Assembly (NCBI RefSeq): GCF_009914755.1
Contig: NC_060939.1
Length of the DNA: 64,000 bases
Direction: 5' to 3' (one strand)
Origin: the human T2T-CHM13v2.0 reference genome, Homo sapiens
Notes under the pieces: model-generated
Told to the model about the DNA's origin: nothing
Database searches by the model: none
Seen by the model: the letters and a program-made list of their open reading frames with translations, nothing else
Position numbers and translations under genes: made by a program
Part shown: in pieces, positions 12,979 to 26,100 of the stretch
Numbering within the stretch: the first letter of the stretch is position 1
How the letters are laid out: each line of letters opens with the position of its first letter

Positions 12979-15900
12979 GTGTTTCAAACGTGCTGTATGA
13001 AAGGGAATGTTCAACTCTATGAGTTGAATGCAAACATCACAAAGAAGACTCTGAGAATGCTTTTGTCTAGATTTTATATGAAGATATTCCCGTGTCCAAC
13101 GAAATTTTCAAAGGTCTCCAAATATCCATTTGTAGATTCTACAAAAAGAGTGTTTCCAAACTGCTGTATCAAAACAAAGGTTGAACTCTGTGAGTTGAGG
13201 ACACACATCACAAATAAGTTTCTGAGAATGCTTCTGTCTAGTTTTTATTTGAAGATGTTTCCTTTTTCACCATAGGCCTGAAAGCGCTCGAAATGTCCAC
13301 TTCCAGATAGTACAGAAAGAGTGTTTCAAACCTGCTCTATGAACGGGAATGTTCAGCTCTGTGAGTTGAATGCAAACATCACAAAGCAGGTTCCGAGAAT
13401 GCTTCCGTCTAGATTTTAAATGAGGATATTCCCGTTTCCAACGAAATCCTCGAAGCTATCCAAATATCCACTTGCAGATTCCACAAAAAGAGTGTTTCAA
13501 AACTGCTCTGTCAAAAGATAGGTTCAACTCTGTTAGTTGAGTACACACATGGCAAACAAGATTGCGAGAATGCTTTCGTCTAGTTTTTTTGGGAAGATAT
13601 TTCCTTCTTCACCATAGGCCTCAAAGCGCTCCAAATATCCATTTCCACATGCTATACAAAGAGTGTCTCAAACCTGCTGTATGAATGGGAATGTTCAACT
13701 CTATGAGTTGAATGCAAACATCACAAAGAAGTTTCTGAGAATGCTGCTGTCTAGATTTTATATGAAGGTTTTCCCGCTTCCAACGAAATTTTCAATGCTC
13801 TCAAAATATCCTCTTGTAGATTCTACAAAAAGAGTGTTTCCAAACTGCTGTATCAAAACAAAGGTTCATCTCTGTTAGTTGAGGACACACATCACAAATA
13901 AGTTTCTGAGAATGCTTCTGTCTAGTTCTTATTTGAAGACATTTCCTTTCTCACCTTAGGCCTGAAAGCGCTCGAAATACCCACTTCCAGATACTACAGA
14001 AACAGTGATTCAAACCTGCTCTATGAAAGGGAATGTTCAACTAGGTGACTTGAATGCAAACATCACAAAGCAGTTTCTGAGAATGCTGCTGTCTACTTTC
14101 TATTTGTAATCCCGTTTCCAACGAAATCCTCAGAACTATCGAAATTTCCAATTGCAGATTCCACAGAAACAGGGTTTCAAAGCTGCTCTGTAAAAAGAAA
14201 GGTTCAACTCTGTTAGTTGAATACACACGTCACAAACAAGTTTCTGAGAATGCTTCTGTCTAGTTTTTATGGGAAGATATTTCCTTTTTCACCGTAGGCC
14301 TCAAAGCGCTCCAAATGTCCACGTCCACATACTACAAAAAGAGTGTTTCAAACCTGCTGTATGAAAGGGAATGTTCAACTCTATGAGTTGAATGCAAACA
14401 TTACAAAGAAGTTTCTGAGAATGCTTCTGTCTAGATTTTATATGAAGGTTTTCCCGTTTCCAACGAAATTTTCAATGCTCTCAAAATATCCACTTGTAGA
14501 TTCTACAAAAAGAGTGTTTCCAAACTGCTGTGTCAAAAGAAAGGTTCAACTCTGTTAGTTGAGGACACACATCACAAATAAGTTTCTGAGAATGCTTCTG
14601 TCTAGTTCTTATTTGAAGACATTTCCTTTCTCACCTTAGGCCTGAAAACGCTCGAAATATCCACTTCCAGATACGACAGAAACAGTGATTCAAACCTGCT
14701 CTATGAAAGGGAATGTTCAACTAGGTGACTTGAATGCAAACATCACAAAGCAGTTTCTGAGAATGCTGCTGTCTACTTTCTATTTGTAATCCCGTTTCCA
14801 ACGAAATCCTCAGAACTATCGAAATTTCCAATTGCAGATTCCACAAAAAGCGTGTTTCAAAGCTGCTCTGTAAAAAGAAAGGTTCAACTCTGTTAGTTGA
14901 ATACACACGTCACAAACAAGTTTCTGAGAATGCTTCTGTCTAGTTTTTATGGGAAGATATTTCCTTTTTCACCGTAGGCCTCAAAGCGCTCCAAATGTCC
15001 ACTTCCACATACTACAAAAAGAGTGTTTCAAACCTGCTCTATGATAGGGAATGTTGAAACCTATGAGTTGAATGCAAGCATTACAAAGAGGTTTCTGAGA
15101 ATGCTTCTGTCTAGATTTTATATGTAGATATTCCCGTTTCCAACGAAATCCTCAAAGCTATCCAAATATCAACTTGCAGATTCTACAAAAGGAATGTTTC
15201 CAAAATGCTGTATCCAAACAAAGGTTCAACTCTGTGAATTGAGGGCATACATCACAAAGAAGATTCTGAGAATGCTTCTGTCTAGATTTTATATGAAAAT
15301 ATTCCCGTTTCCAACGAAATCCTCAAAGCTATCCAAATATCCACTTGCAAATGCCACAAAAAGAGTGTTTCCAAACTGCTCTGTGAAAAGGAAGGTTCAA
15401 CTCAGTTGAGTACACACATCACAAAGAGGTTTCTGAGAATGCTGCTGACTAGTTTTTATTTGAAGATATTTCCCTTTTCACCTTAGGCCTAAGAGTGCTC
15501 GAAATGTCCATTTCCACATACTCCACAAAGTGTGTTTCAAACGTGCTGTATGAAAGGGAATGTTCAACTCTATGAGTTGAATGCAAACATCACAAAGAAG
15601 ACTCTGAGAATGCTTTTGTCTAGATTTTATATGAAGATATTCCCGTGTCCAACGAAATTTTCAAAGGTCTCCAAATATCCATTTGTAGATTCTACAAAAA
15701 GAGTGTTTCCAAACTGCTGTATCAAAACAAAGGTTGAACTCTGTGAGTTGAGGACACACATCACAAATAAGTTTCTGAGAATGCTTCTGTCTAGTTTTTA
15801 TTTGAAGATGTTTCCTTTTTCACCATAGGCCTGAAAGCGCTCGAAATGTCCACTTCCAGATAGTACAGAAAGAGTGTTTCAAACCTGCTCTATGAACGGG

Positions 15901-18900
15901 AATGTTCAGCTCTGTGAGTTGAATGCAAACATCACAAAGCAGGTTCCGAGAATGCTTCCGTCTAGATTTTAAATGAGGATATTCCCGTTTCCAACGAAAT
16001 CCTCGAAGCTATCCAAATATCCACTTGCAGATTCCACAAAAAGAGTGTTTCAAAACTGCTCTGTCAAAAGATAGGTTCAACTCTGTTAGTTGAGTACACA
16101 CATGGCAAACAAGATTGCGAGAATGCTTTCGTCTAGTTTTTTTGGGAAGATATTTCCTTCTTCACCATAGGCCTCAAAGCGCTCCAAATATCCATTTCCA
16201 CATGCTATACAAAGAGTGTCTCAAACCTGCTGTATGAATGGGAATGTTCAACTCTATGAGTTGAATGCAAACATCACAAAGAAGTTTCTGAGAATGCTGC
16301 TGTCTAGATTTTATATGAAGGTTTTCCCGCTTCCAACGAAATTTTCAATGCTCTCAAAATATCCTCTTGTAGATTCTACAAAAAGAGTGTTTCCAAACTG
16401 CTGTATCAAAACAAAGGTTCATCTCTGTTAGTTGAGGACACACATCACAAATAAGTTTCTGAGAATGCTTCTGTCTAGTTCTTATTTGAAGACATTTCCT
16501 TTCTCACCTTAGGCCTGAAAGCGCTCGAAATACCCACTTCCAGATACTACAGAAACAGTGATTCAAACCTGCTCTATGAAAGGGAATGTTCAACTAGGTG
16601 ACTTGAATGCAAACATCACAAAGCAGTTTCTGAGAATGCTGCTGTCTACTTTCTATTTGTAATCCCGTTTCCAACGAAATCCTCAGAACTATCGAAATTT
16701 CCAATTGCAGATTCCACAGAAACAGGGTTTCAAAGCTGCTCTGTAAAAAGAAAGGTTCAACTCTGTTAGTTGAATACACACGTCACAAACAAGTTTCTGA
16801 GAATGCTTCTGTCTAGTTTTTATGGGAAGATATTTCCTTTTTCACCGTAGGCCTCAAAGCGCTCCAAATGTCCACGTCCACATACTACAAAAAGAGTGTT
16901 TCAAACCTGCTGTATGAAAGGGAATGTTCAACTCTATGAGTTGAATGCAAACATTACAAAGAAGTTTCTGAGAATGCTTCTGTCTAGATTTTATATGAAG
17001 GTTTTCCCGCTTCCAACGAAATTTTCAATGCTCTCAAAATATCCACTTGTAGATTCTACAAAAAGAGTGTTTCCAAACTGCTGTGTCAAAAGAAAGGTTC
17101 AACTCTGTTAGTTGAGGACACACATCACAAATAAGTTTCTGAGAATGCTTCTGTCTAGTTCTTATTTGAAGACATTTCCTTTCTCACCTTAGGCCTGAAA
17201 ACGCTCGAAATATCCACTTCCAGATACGACAGAAACAGTGATTCAAACCTGCTCTATGAAAGGGAATGTTCAACTAGGTGACTTGAATGCAAACATCACA
17301 AAGCAGTTTCTGAGAATGCTGCTGTCTACTTTCTATTTGTAATCCCGTTTCCAACGAAATCCTCAGAACTATCGAAATTTCCAATTGCAGATTCCACAAA
17401 AAGCGTGTTTCAAAGCTGCTCTGTAAAAAGAAAGGTTCAACTCTGTTAGTTGAATACACACGTCACAAACAAGTTTCTGAGAATGCTTCTGTCTAGTTTT
17501 TATGGGAAGATATTTCCTTTTTCACCGTAGGCCTCAAAGCGCTCCAAATGTCCACTTCCACATACTACAAAAAGAGTGTTTCAAACCTGCTCTATGATAG
17601 GGAATGTTGAAACCTATGAGTTGAATGCAAGCATTACAAAGAGGTTTCTGAGAATGCTTCTGTCTAGATTTTATATGTAGATATTCCCGTTTCCAACGAA
17701 ATCCTCAAAGCTATCCAAATATCAACTTGCAGATTCTACAAAAGGAATGTTTCCAAAATGCTGTATCCAAACAAAGGTTCAACTCTGTGAATTGAGGGCA
17801 TACATCACAAAGAAGATTCTGAGAATGCTTCTGTCTAGATTTTATATGAAAATATTCCCGTTTCCAACGAAATCCTCAAAGCTATCCAAATATCCACTTG
17901 CAAATGCCACAAAAAGAGTGTTTCCAAACTGCTCTGTGAAAAGGAAGGTTCAACTCTGTTAGTTGAGTACACACATCACAAAGAGGTTTCTGAGAATGCT
18001 GCTGACTAGTTTTTATTTGAAGATATTTCCCTTTTCACCTTAGGCCTAAGAGTGCTCGAAATGTCCATTTCCACATACTCCACAAAGTGTGTTTCAAACG
18101 TGCTGTATGAAAGGGAATGTTCAACTCTATGAGTTGAATGCAAACATCACAAAGAAGACTCTGAGAATGCTTTTGTCTAGATTTTATATGAAGATATTCC
18201 CGTGTCCAACGAAATTTTCAAAGGTCTCCAAATATCCATTTGTAGATTCTACAAAAAGAGTGTTTCCAAACTGCTGTATCAAAACAAAGGTTGAACTCTG
18301 TGAGTTGAGGACACACATCACAAATAAGTTTCTGAGAATGCTTCTGTCTAGTTTTTATTTGAAGATGTTTCCTTTTTCACCATAGGCCTGAAAGCGCTCG
18401 AAATGTCCACTTCCAGATAGTACAGAAAGAGTGTTTCAAACCTGCTCTATGAACGGGAATGTTCAGCTCTGTGAGTTGAATGCAAACATCACAAAGCAGG
18501 TTCCGAGAATGCTTCCGTCTAGATTTTAAATGAGGATATTCCCGTTTCCAACGAAATCCTCGAAGCTATCCAAATATCCACTTGCAGATTCCACAAAAAG
18601 AGTGTTTCAAAACTGCTCTGTCAAAAGATAGGTTCAACTCTGTTAGTTGAGTACACACATGGCAAACAAGATTGCGAGAATGCTTTCGTCTAGTTTTTTT
18701 GGGAAGATATTTCCTTCTTCACCATAGGCCTCAAAGCGCTCCAAATATCCATTTCCACATGCTATACAAAGAGTGTCTCAAACCTGCTGTATGAATGGGA
18801 ATGTTCAACTCTATGAGTTGAATGCAAACATCACAAAGAAGTTTCTGAGAATGCTGCTGTCTAGATTTTATATGAAGGTTTTCCCGCTTCCAACGAAATT

Positions 18901-21900
18901 TTCAATGCTCTCAAAATATCCTCTTGTAGATTCTACAAAAAGAGTGTTTCCAAACTGCTGTATCAAAACAAAGGTTCATCTCTGTTAGTTGAGGACACAC
19001 ATCACAAATAAGTTTCTGAGAATGCTTCTGTCTAGTTCTTATTTGAAGACATTTCCTTTCTCACCTTAGGCCTGAAAGCGCTCGAAATACCCACTTCCAG
19101 ATACTACAGAAACAGTGATTCAAACCTGCTCTATGAAAGGGAATGTTCAACTAGGTGACTTGAATGCAAACATCACAAAGCAGTTTCTGAGAATGCTGCT
19201 GTCTACTTTCTATTTGTAATCCCGTTTCCAACGAAATCCTCAGAACTATCGAAATTTCCAATTGCAGATTCCACAGAAACAGGGTTTCAAAGCTGCTCTG
19301 TAAAAAGAAAGGTTCAACTCTGTTAGTTGAATACACACGTCACAAACAAGTTTCTGAGAATGCTTCTGTCTAGTTTTTATGGGAAGATATTTCCTTTTTC
19401 ACCGTAGGCCTCAAAGCGCTCCAAATGTCCACGTCCACATACTACAAAAAGAGTGTTTCAAACCTGCTGTATGAAAGGGAATGTTCAACTCTATGAGTTG
19501 AATGCAAACATTACAAAGAAGTTTCTGAGAATGCTTCTGTCTAGATTTTATATGAAGGTTTTCCCGTTTCCAACGAAATTTTCAATGCTCTCAAAATATC
19601 CACTTGTAGATTCTACAAAAAGAGTGTTTCCAAACTGCTGTGTCAAAAGAAAGGTTCAACTCTGTTAGTTGAGGACACACATCACAAATAAGTTTCTGAG
19701 AATGCTTCTGTCTAGTTCTTATTTGAAGACATTTCCTTTCTCACCTTAGGCCTGAAAACGCTCGAAATATCCACTTCCAGATACGACAGAAACAGTGATT
19801 CAAACCTGCTCTATGAAAGGGAATGTTCAACTAGGTGACTTGAATGCAAACATCACAAAGCAGTTTCTGAGAATGCTGCTGTCTACTTTCTATTTGTAAT
19901 CCCGTTTCCAACGAAATCCTCAGAACTATCGAAATTTCCAATTGCAGATTCCACAAAAAGCGTGTTTCAAAGCTGCTCTGTAAAAAGAAAGGTTCAACTC
20001 TGTTAGTTGAATACACACGTCACAAACAAGTTTCTGAGAATGCTTCTGTCTAGTTTTTATGGGAAGATATTTCCTTTTTCACCGTAGGCCTCAAAGCGCT
20101 CCAAATGTCCACTTCCACATACTACAAAAAGAGTGTTTCAAACCTGCTCTATGATAGGGAATGTTGAAACCTATGAGTTGAATGCAAGCATTACAAAGAG
20201 GTTTCTGAGAATGCTTCTGTCTAGATTTTATATGTAGATATTCCCGTTTCCAACGAAATCCTCAAAGCTATCCAAATATCAACTTGCAGATTCTACAAAA
20301 GGAATGTTTCCAAAATGCTGTATCCAAACAAAGGTTCAACTCTGTGAATTGAGGGCATACATCACAAAGAAGATTCTGAGAATGCTTCTGTCTAGATTTT
20401 ATATGAAAATATTCCCGTTTCCAACGAAATCCTCAAAGCTATCCAAATATCCACTTGCAAATGCCACAAAAAGAGTGTTTCCAAACTGCTCTGTGAAAAG
20501 GAAGGTTCAACTCAGTTGAGTACACACATCACAAAGAGGTTTCTGAGAATGCTGCTGACTAGTTTTTATTTGAAGATATTTCCCTTTTCACCTTAGGCCT
20601 AAGAGTGCTCGAAATGTCCATTTCCACATACTCCACAAAGTGTGTTTCAAACGTGCTGTATGAAAGGGAATGTTCAACTCTATGAGTTGAATGCAAACAT
20701 CACAAAGAAGACTCTGAGAATGCTTTTGTCTAGATTTTATATGAAGATATTCCCGTGTCCAACGAAATTTTCAAAGGTCTCCAAATATCCATTTGTAGAT
20801 TCTACAAAAAGAGTGTTTCCAAACTGCTGTATCAAAACAAAGGTTGAACTCTGTGAGTTGAGGACACACATCACAAATAAGTTTCTGAGAATGCTTCTGT
20901 CTAGTTTTTATTTGAAGATGTTTCCTTTTTCACCATAGGCCTGAAAGCGCTCGAAATGTCCACTTCCAGATAGTACAGAAAGAGTGTTTCAAACCTGCTC
21001 TATGAACGGGAATGTTCAGCTCTGTGAGTTGAATGCAAACATCACAAAGCAGGTTCCGAGAATGCTTCCGTCTAGATTTTAAATGAGGATATTCCCGTTT
21101 CCAACGAAATCCTCGAAGCTATCCAAATATCCACTTGCAGATTCCACAAAAAGAGTGTTTCAAAACTGCTCTGTCAAAAGATAGGTTCAACTCTGTTAGT
21201 TGAGTACACACATGGCAAACAAGATTGCGAGAATGCTTTCGTCTAGTTTTTTTGGGAAGATATTTCCTTCTTCACCATAGGCCTCAAAGCGCTCCAAATA
21301 TCCATTTCCACATGCTATACAAAGAGTGTCTCAAACCTGCTGTATGAATGGGAATGTTCAACTCTATGAGTTGAATGCAAACATCACAAAGAAGTTTCTG
21401 AGAATGCTGCTGTCTAGATTTTATATGAAGGTTTTCCCGCTTCCAACGAAATTTTCAATGCTCTCAAAATATCCTCTTGTAGATTCTACAAAAAGAGTGT
21501 TTCCAAACTGCTGTATCAAAACAAAGGTTCATCTCTGTTAGTTGAGGACACACATCACAAATAAGTTTCTGAGAATGCTTCTGTCTAGTTCTTATTTGAA
21601 GACATTTCCTTTCTCACCTTAGGCCTGAAAGCGCTCGAAATACCCACTTCCAGATACTACAGAAACAGTGATTCAAACCTGCTCTATGAAAGGGAATGTT
21701 CAACTAGGTGACTTGAATGCAAACATCACAAAGCAGTTTCTGAGAATGCTGCTGTCTACTTTCTATTTGTAATCCCGTTTCCAACGAAATCCTCAGAACT
21801 ATCGAAATTTCCAATTGCAGATTCCACAGAAACAGGGTTTCAAAGCTGCTCTGTAAAAAGAAAGGTTCAACTCTGTTAGTTGAATACACACGTCACAAAC

Positions 21901-23198
21901 AAGTTTCTGAGAATGCTTCTGTCTAGTTTTTATGGGAAGATATTTCCTTTTTCACCGTAGGCCTCAAAGCGCTCCAAATGTCCACGTCCACATACTACAA
22001 AAAGAGTGTTTCAAACCTGCTGTATGAAAGGGAATGTTCAACTCTATGAGTTGAATGCAAACATTACAAAGAAGTTTCTGAGAATGCTTCTGTCTAGATT
22101 TTATATGAAGGTTTTCCCGCTTCCAACGAAATTTTCAATGCTCTCAAAATATCCACTTGTAGATTCTACAAAAAGAGTGTTTCCAAACTGCTGTGTCAAA
22201 AGAAAGGTTCAACTCTGTTAGTTGAGGACACACATCACAAATAAGTTTCTGAGAATGCTTCTGTCTAGTTCTTATTTGAAGACATTTCCTTTCTCACCTT
22301 AGGCCTGAAAACGCTCGAAATATCCACTTCCAGATACGACAGAAACAGTGATTCAAACCTGCTCTATGAAAGGGAATGTTCAACTAGGTGACTTGAATGC
22401 AAACATCACAAAGCAGTTTCTGAGAATGCTGCTGTCTACTTTCTATTTGTAATCCCGTTTCCAACGAAATCCTCAGAACTATCGAAATTTCCAATTGCAG
22501 ATTCCACAAAAAGCGTGTTTCAAAGCTGCTCTGTAAAAAGAAAGGTTCAACTCTGTTAGTTGAATACACACGTCACAAACAAGTTTCTGAGAATGCTTCT
22601 GTCTAGTTTTTATGGGAAGATATTTCCTTTTTCACCGTAGGCCTCAAAGCGCTCCAAATGTCCACTTCCACATACTACAAAAAGAGTGTTTCAAACCTGC
22701 TCTATGATAGGGAATGTTGAAACCTATGAGTTGAATGCAAGCATTACAAAGAGGTTTCTGAGAATGCTTCTGTCTAGATTTTATATGTAGATATTCCCGT
22801 TTCCAACGAAATCCTCAAAGCTATCCAAATATCAACTTGCAGATTCTACAAAAGGAATGTTTCCAAAATGCTGTATCCAAACAAAGGTTCAACTCTGTGA
22901 ATTGAGGGCATACATCACAAAGAAGATTCTGAGAATGCTTCTGTCTAGATTTTATATGAAAATATTCCCGTTTCCAACGAAATCCTCAAAGCTATCCAAA
23001 TATCCACTTGCAAATGCCACAAAAAGAGTGTTTCCAAACTGCTCTGTGAAAAGGAAGGTTCAACTCTGTTAGTTGAGTACACACATCACAAAGAGGTTTC
23101 TGAGAATGCTGCTGACTAGTTTTTATTTGAAGATATTTCCCTTTTCACCTTAGGCCTAAGAGTGCTCGAAATGTCCATTTCCACATACTCCACAAAGT
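12979..23198 (-). repeat. Two-HOR (5110-bp) super-period, U6-U7 / U8-U9; boundaries approximate
   Basis: A 4-bp deletion at 15403/20513 (third copy at 25623) and a T>C variant at 17010/22120 both recur at 5110-bp spacing. Confidence 0.8.
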
Positions 23199-26100
23199 GT
23201 GTTTCAAACGTGCTGTATGAAAGGGAATGTTCAACTCTATGAGTTGAATGCAAACATCACAAAGAAGACTCTGAGAATGCTTTTGTCTAGATTTTATATG
23301 AAGATATTCCCGTGTCCAACGAAATTTTCAAAGGTCTCCAAATATCCATTTGTAGATTCTACAAAAAGAGTGTTTCCAAACTGCTGTATCAAAACAAAGG
23401 TTGAACTCTGTGAGTTGAGGACACACATCACAAATAAGTTTCTGAGAATGCTTCTGTCTAGTTTTTATTTGAAGATGTTTCCTTTTTCACCATAGGCCTG
23501 AAAGCGCTCGAAATGTCCACTTCCAGATAGTACAGAAAGAGTGTTTCAAACCTGCTCTATGAACGGGAATGTTCAGCTCTGTGAGTTGAATGCAAACATC
23601 ACAAAGCAGGTTCTGAGAATGCTTCCGTCTAGATTTTAAATGAGGATATTCCCGTTTCCAACGAAATCCTCGAAGCTATCCAAATATCCACTTGCAGATT
23701 CCACAAAAAGAGTGTTTCAAAACTGCTCTGTCAAAAGATAGGTTCAACTCTGTTAGTTGAGTACACACATGGCAAACAAGATTGCGAGAATGCTTTCGTC
23801 TAGTTTTTTTGGGAAGATATTTCCTTCTTCACCATAGGCCTCAAAGCGCTCCAAATATCCATTTCCACATGCTATACAAAGAGTGTCTCAAACCTGCTGT
23901 ATGAATGGGAATGTTCAACTCTATGAGTTGAATGCAAACATCACAAAGAAGTTTCTGAGAATGCTGCTGTCTAGATTTTATATGAAGGTTTTCCCGCTTC
24001 CAACGAAATTTTCAATGCTCTCAAAATATCCTCTTGTAGATTCTACAAAAAGAGTGTTTCCAAACTGCTGTATCAAAACAAAGGTTCATCTCTGTTAGTT
24101 GAGGACACACATCACAAATAAGTTTCTGAGAATGCTTCTGTCTAGTTCTTATTTGAAGACATTTCCTTTCTCACCTTAGGCCTGAAAGCGCTCGAAATAC
24201 CCACTTCCAGATACTACAGAAACAGTGATTCAAACCTGCTCTATGAAAAGGAATGTTCAACTAGGTGACTTGAATGCAAACATCACAAAGCAGTTTCTGA
24301 GAATGCTGCTGTCTACTTTCTATTTGTAATCCCGTTTCCAACGAAATCCTCAGAACTATCGAAATTTCCAATTGCAGATTCCACAGAAACAGGGTTTCAA
24401 AGCTGCTCTGTAAAAAGAAAGGTTCAACTCTGTTAGTTGAATACACACGTCACAAACAAGTTTCTGAGAATGCTTCTGTCTAGTTTTTATGGGAAGATAT
24501 TTCCTTTTTCACCGTAGGCCTCAAAGCGCTCCAAATGTCCACGTCCACATACTACAAAAAGAGTGTTTCAAACCTGCTGTATGAAAGGGAATGTTCAACT
24601 CTATGAGTTGAATGCAAACATTACAAAGAAGTTTCTGAGAATGCTTCTGTCTAGATTTTATATGAAGGTTTTCCCGTTTCCAACGAAATTTTCAATGCTC
24701 TCAAAATATCCACTTGTAGATTCTACAAAAAGAGTGTTTCCAAACTGCTGTGTCAAAAGAAAGGTTCAACTCTGTTAGTTGAGGACACACATCACAAATA
24801 AGTTTCTGAGAATGCTTCTGTCTAGTTCTTATTTGAAGACATTTCCTTTCTCACCTTAGGCCTGAAAACGCTCGAAATATCCACTTCCAGATACGACAGA
24901 AACAGTGATTCAAACCTGCTCTATGAAAGGGAATGTTCAACTAGGTGACTTGAATGCAAACATCACAAAGCAGTTTCTGAGAATGCTGCTGTCTACTTTC
25001 TATTTGTAATCCCGTTTCCAACGAAATCCTCAGAACTATCGAAATTTCCAATTGCAGATTCCACAAAAAGCGTGTTTCAAAGCTGCTCTGTAAAAAGAAA
25101 GGTTCAACTCTGTTAGTTGAATACACACGTCACAAACAAGTTTCTGAGAATGCTTCTGTCTAGTTTTTATGGGAAGATATTTCCTTTTTCACCGTAGGCC
25201 TCAAAGCGCTCCAAATGTCCACTTCCACATACTACAAAAAGAGTGTTTCAAACCTGCTCTATGATAGGGAATGTTGAAACCTATGAGTTGAATGCAAGCA
25301 TTACAAAGAGGTTTCTGAGAATGCTTCTGTCTAGATTTTATATGTAGATATTCCCGTTTCCAACGAAATCCTCAAAGCTATCCAAATATCAACTTGCAGA
25401 TTCTACAAAAGGAATGTTTCCAAAATGCTGTATCCAAACAAAGGTTCAACTCTGTGAATTGAGGGCATACATCACAAAGAAGATTCTGAGAATGCTTCTG
25501 TCTAGATTTTATATGAAAATATTCCCGTTTCCAACGAAATCCTCAAAGCTATCCAAATATCCACTTGCAAATGCCACAAAAAGAGTGTTTCCAAACTGCT
25601 CTGTGAAAAGGAAGGTTCAACTCAGTTGAGTACACACATCACAAAGAGGTTTCTGAGAATGCTGCTGACTAGTTTTTATTTGAAGATATTTCCCTTTTCA
25701 CCTTAGGCCTAAGAGTGCTCGAAATGTCCATTTCCACATACTCCACAAAGTGTGTTTCAAACGTGCTGTATGAAAGGGAATGTTCAACTCTATGAGTTGA
25801 ATGCAAACATCACAAAGAAGACTCTGAGAATGCTTTTGTCTAGATTTTATATGAAGATATTCCCGTGTCCAACGAAATTTTCAAAGGTCTCCAAATATCC
25901 ATTTGTAGATTCTACAAAAAGAGTGTTTCCAAACTGCTGTATCAAAACAAAGGTTGAACTCTGTGAGTTGAGGACACACATCACAAATAAGTTTCTGAGA
26001 ATGCTTCTGTCTAGTTTTTATTTGAAGATGTTTCCTTTTTCACCATAGGCCTGAAAGCGCTCGAAATGTCCACTTCCAGATAGTACAGAAAGAGTGTTTC

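Noticed and set aside
15194-15409. ORF C-terminal change (QLC to QLS) as a possible functional frameshift
   Set aside because: It is only a by-product of the 4-bp deletion in non-coding satellite, which is reported as a structural marker instead.
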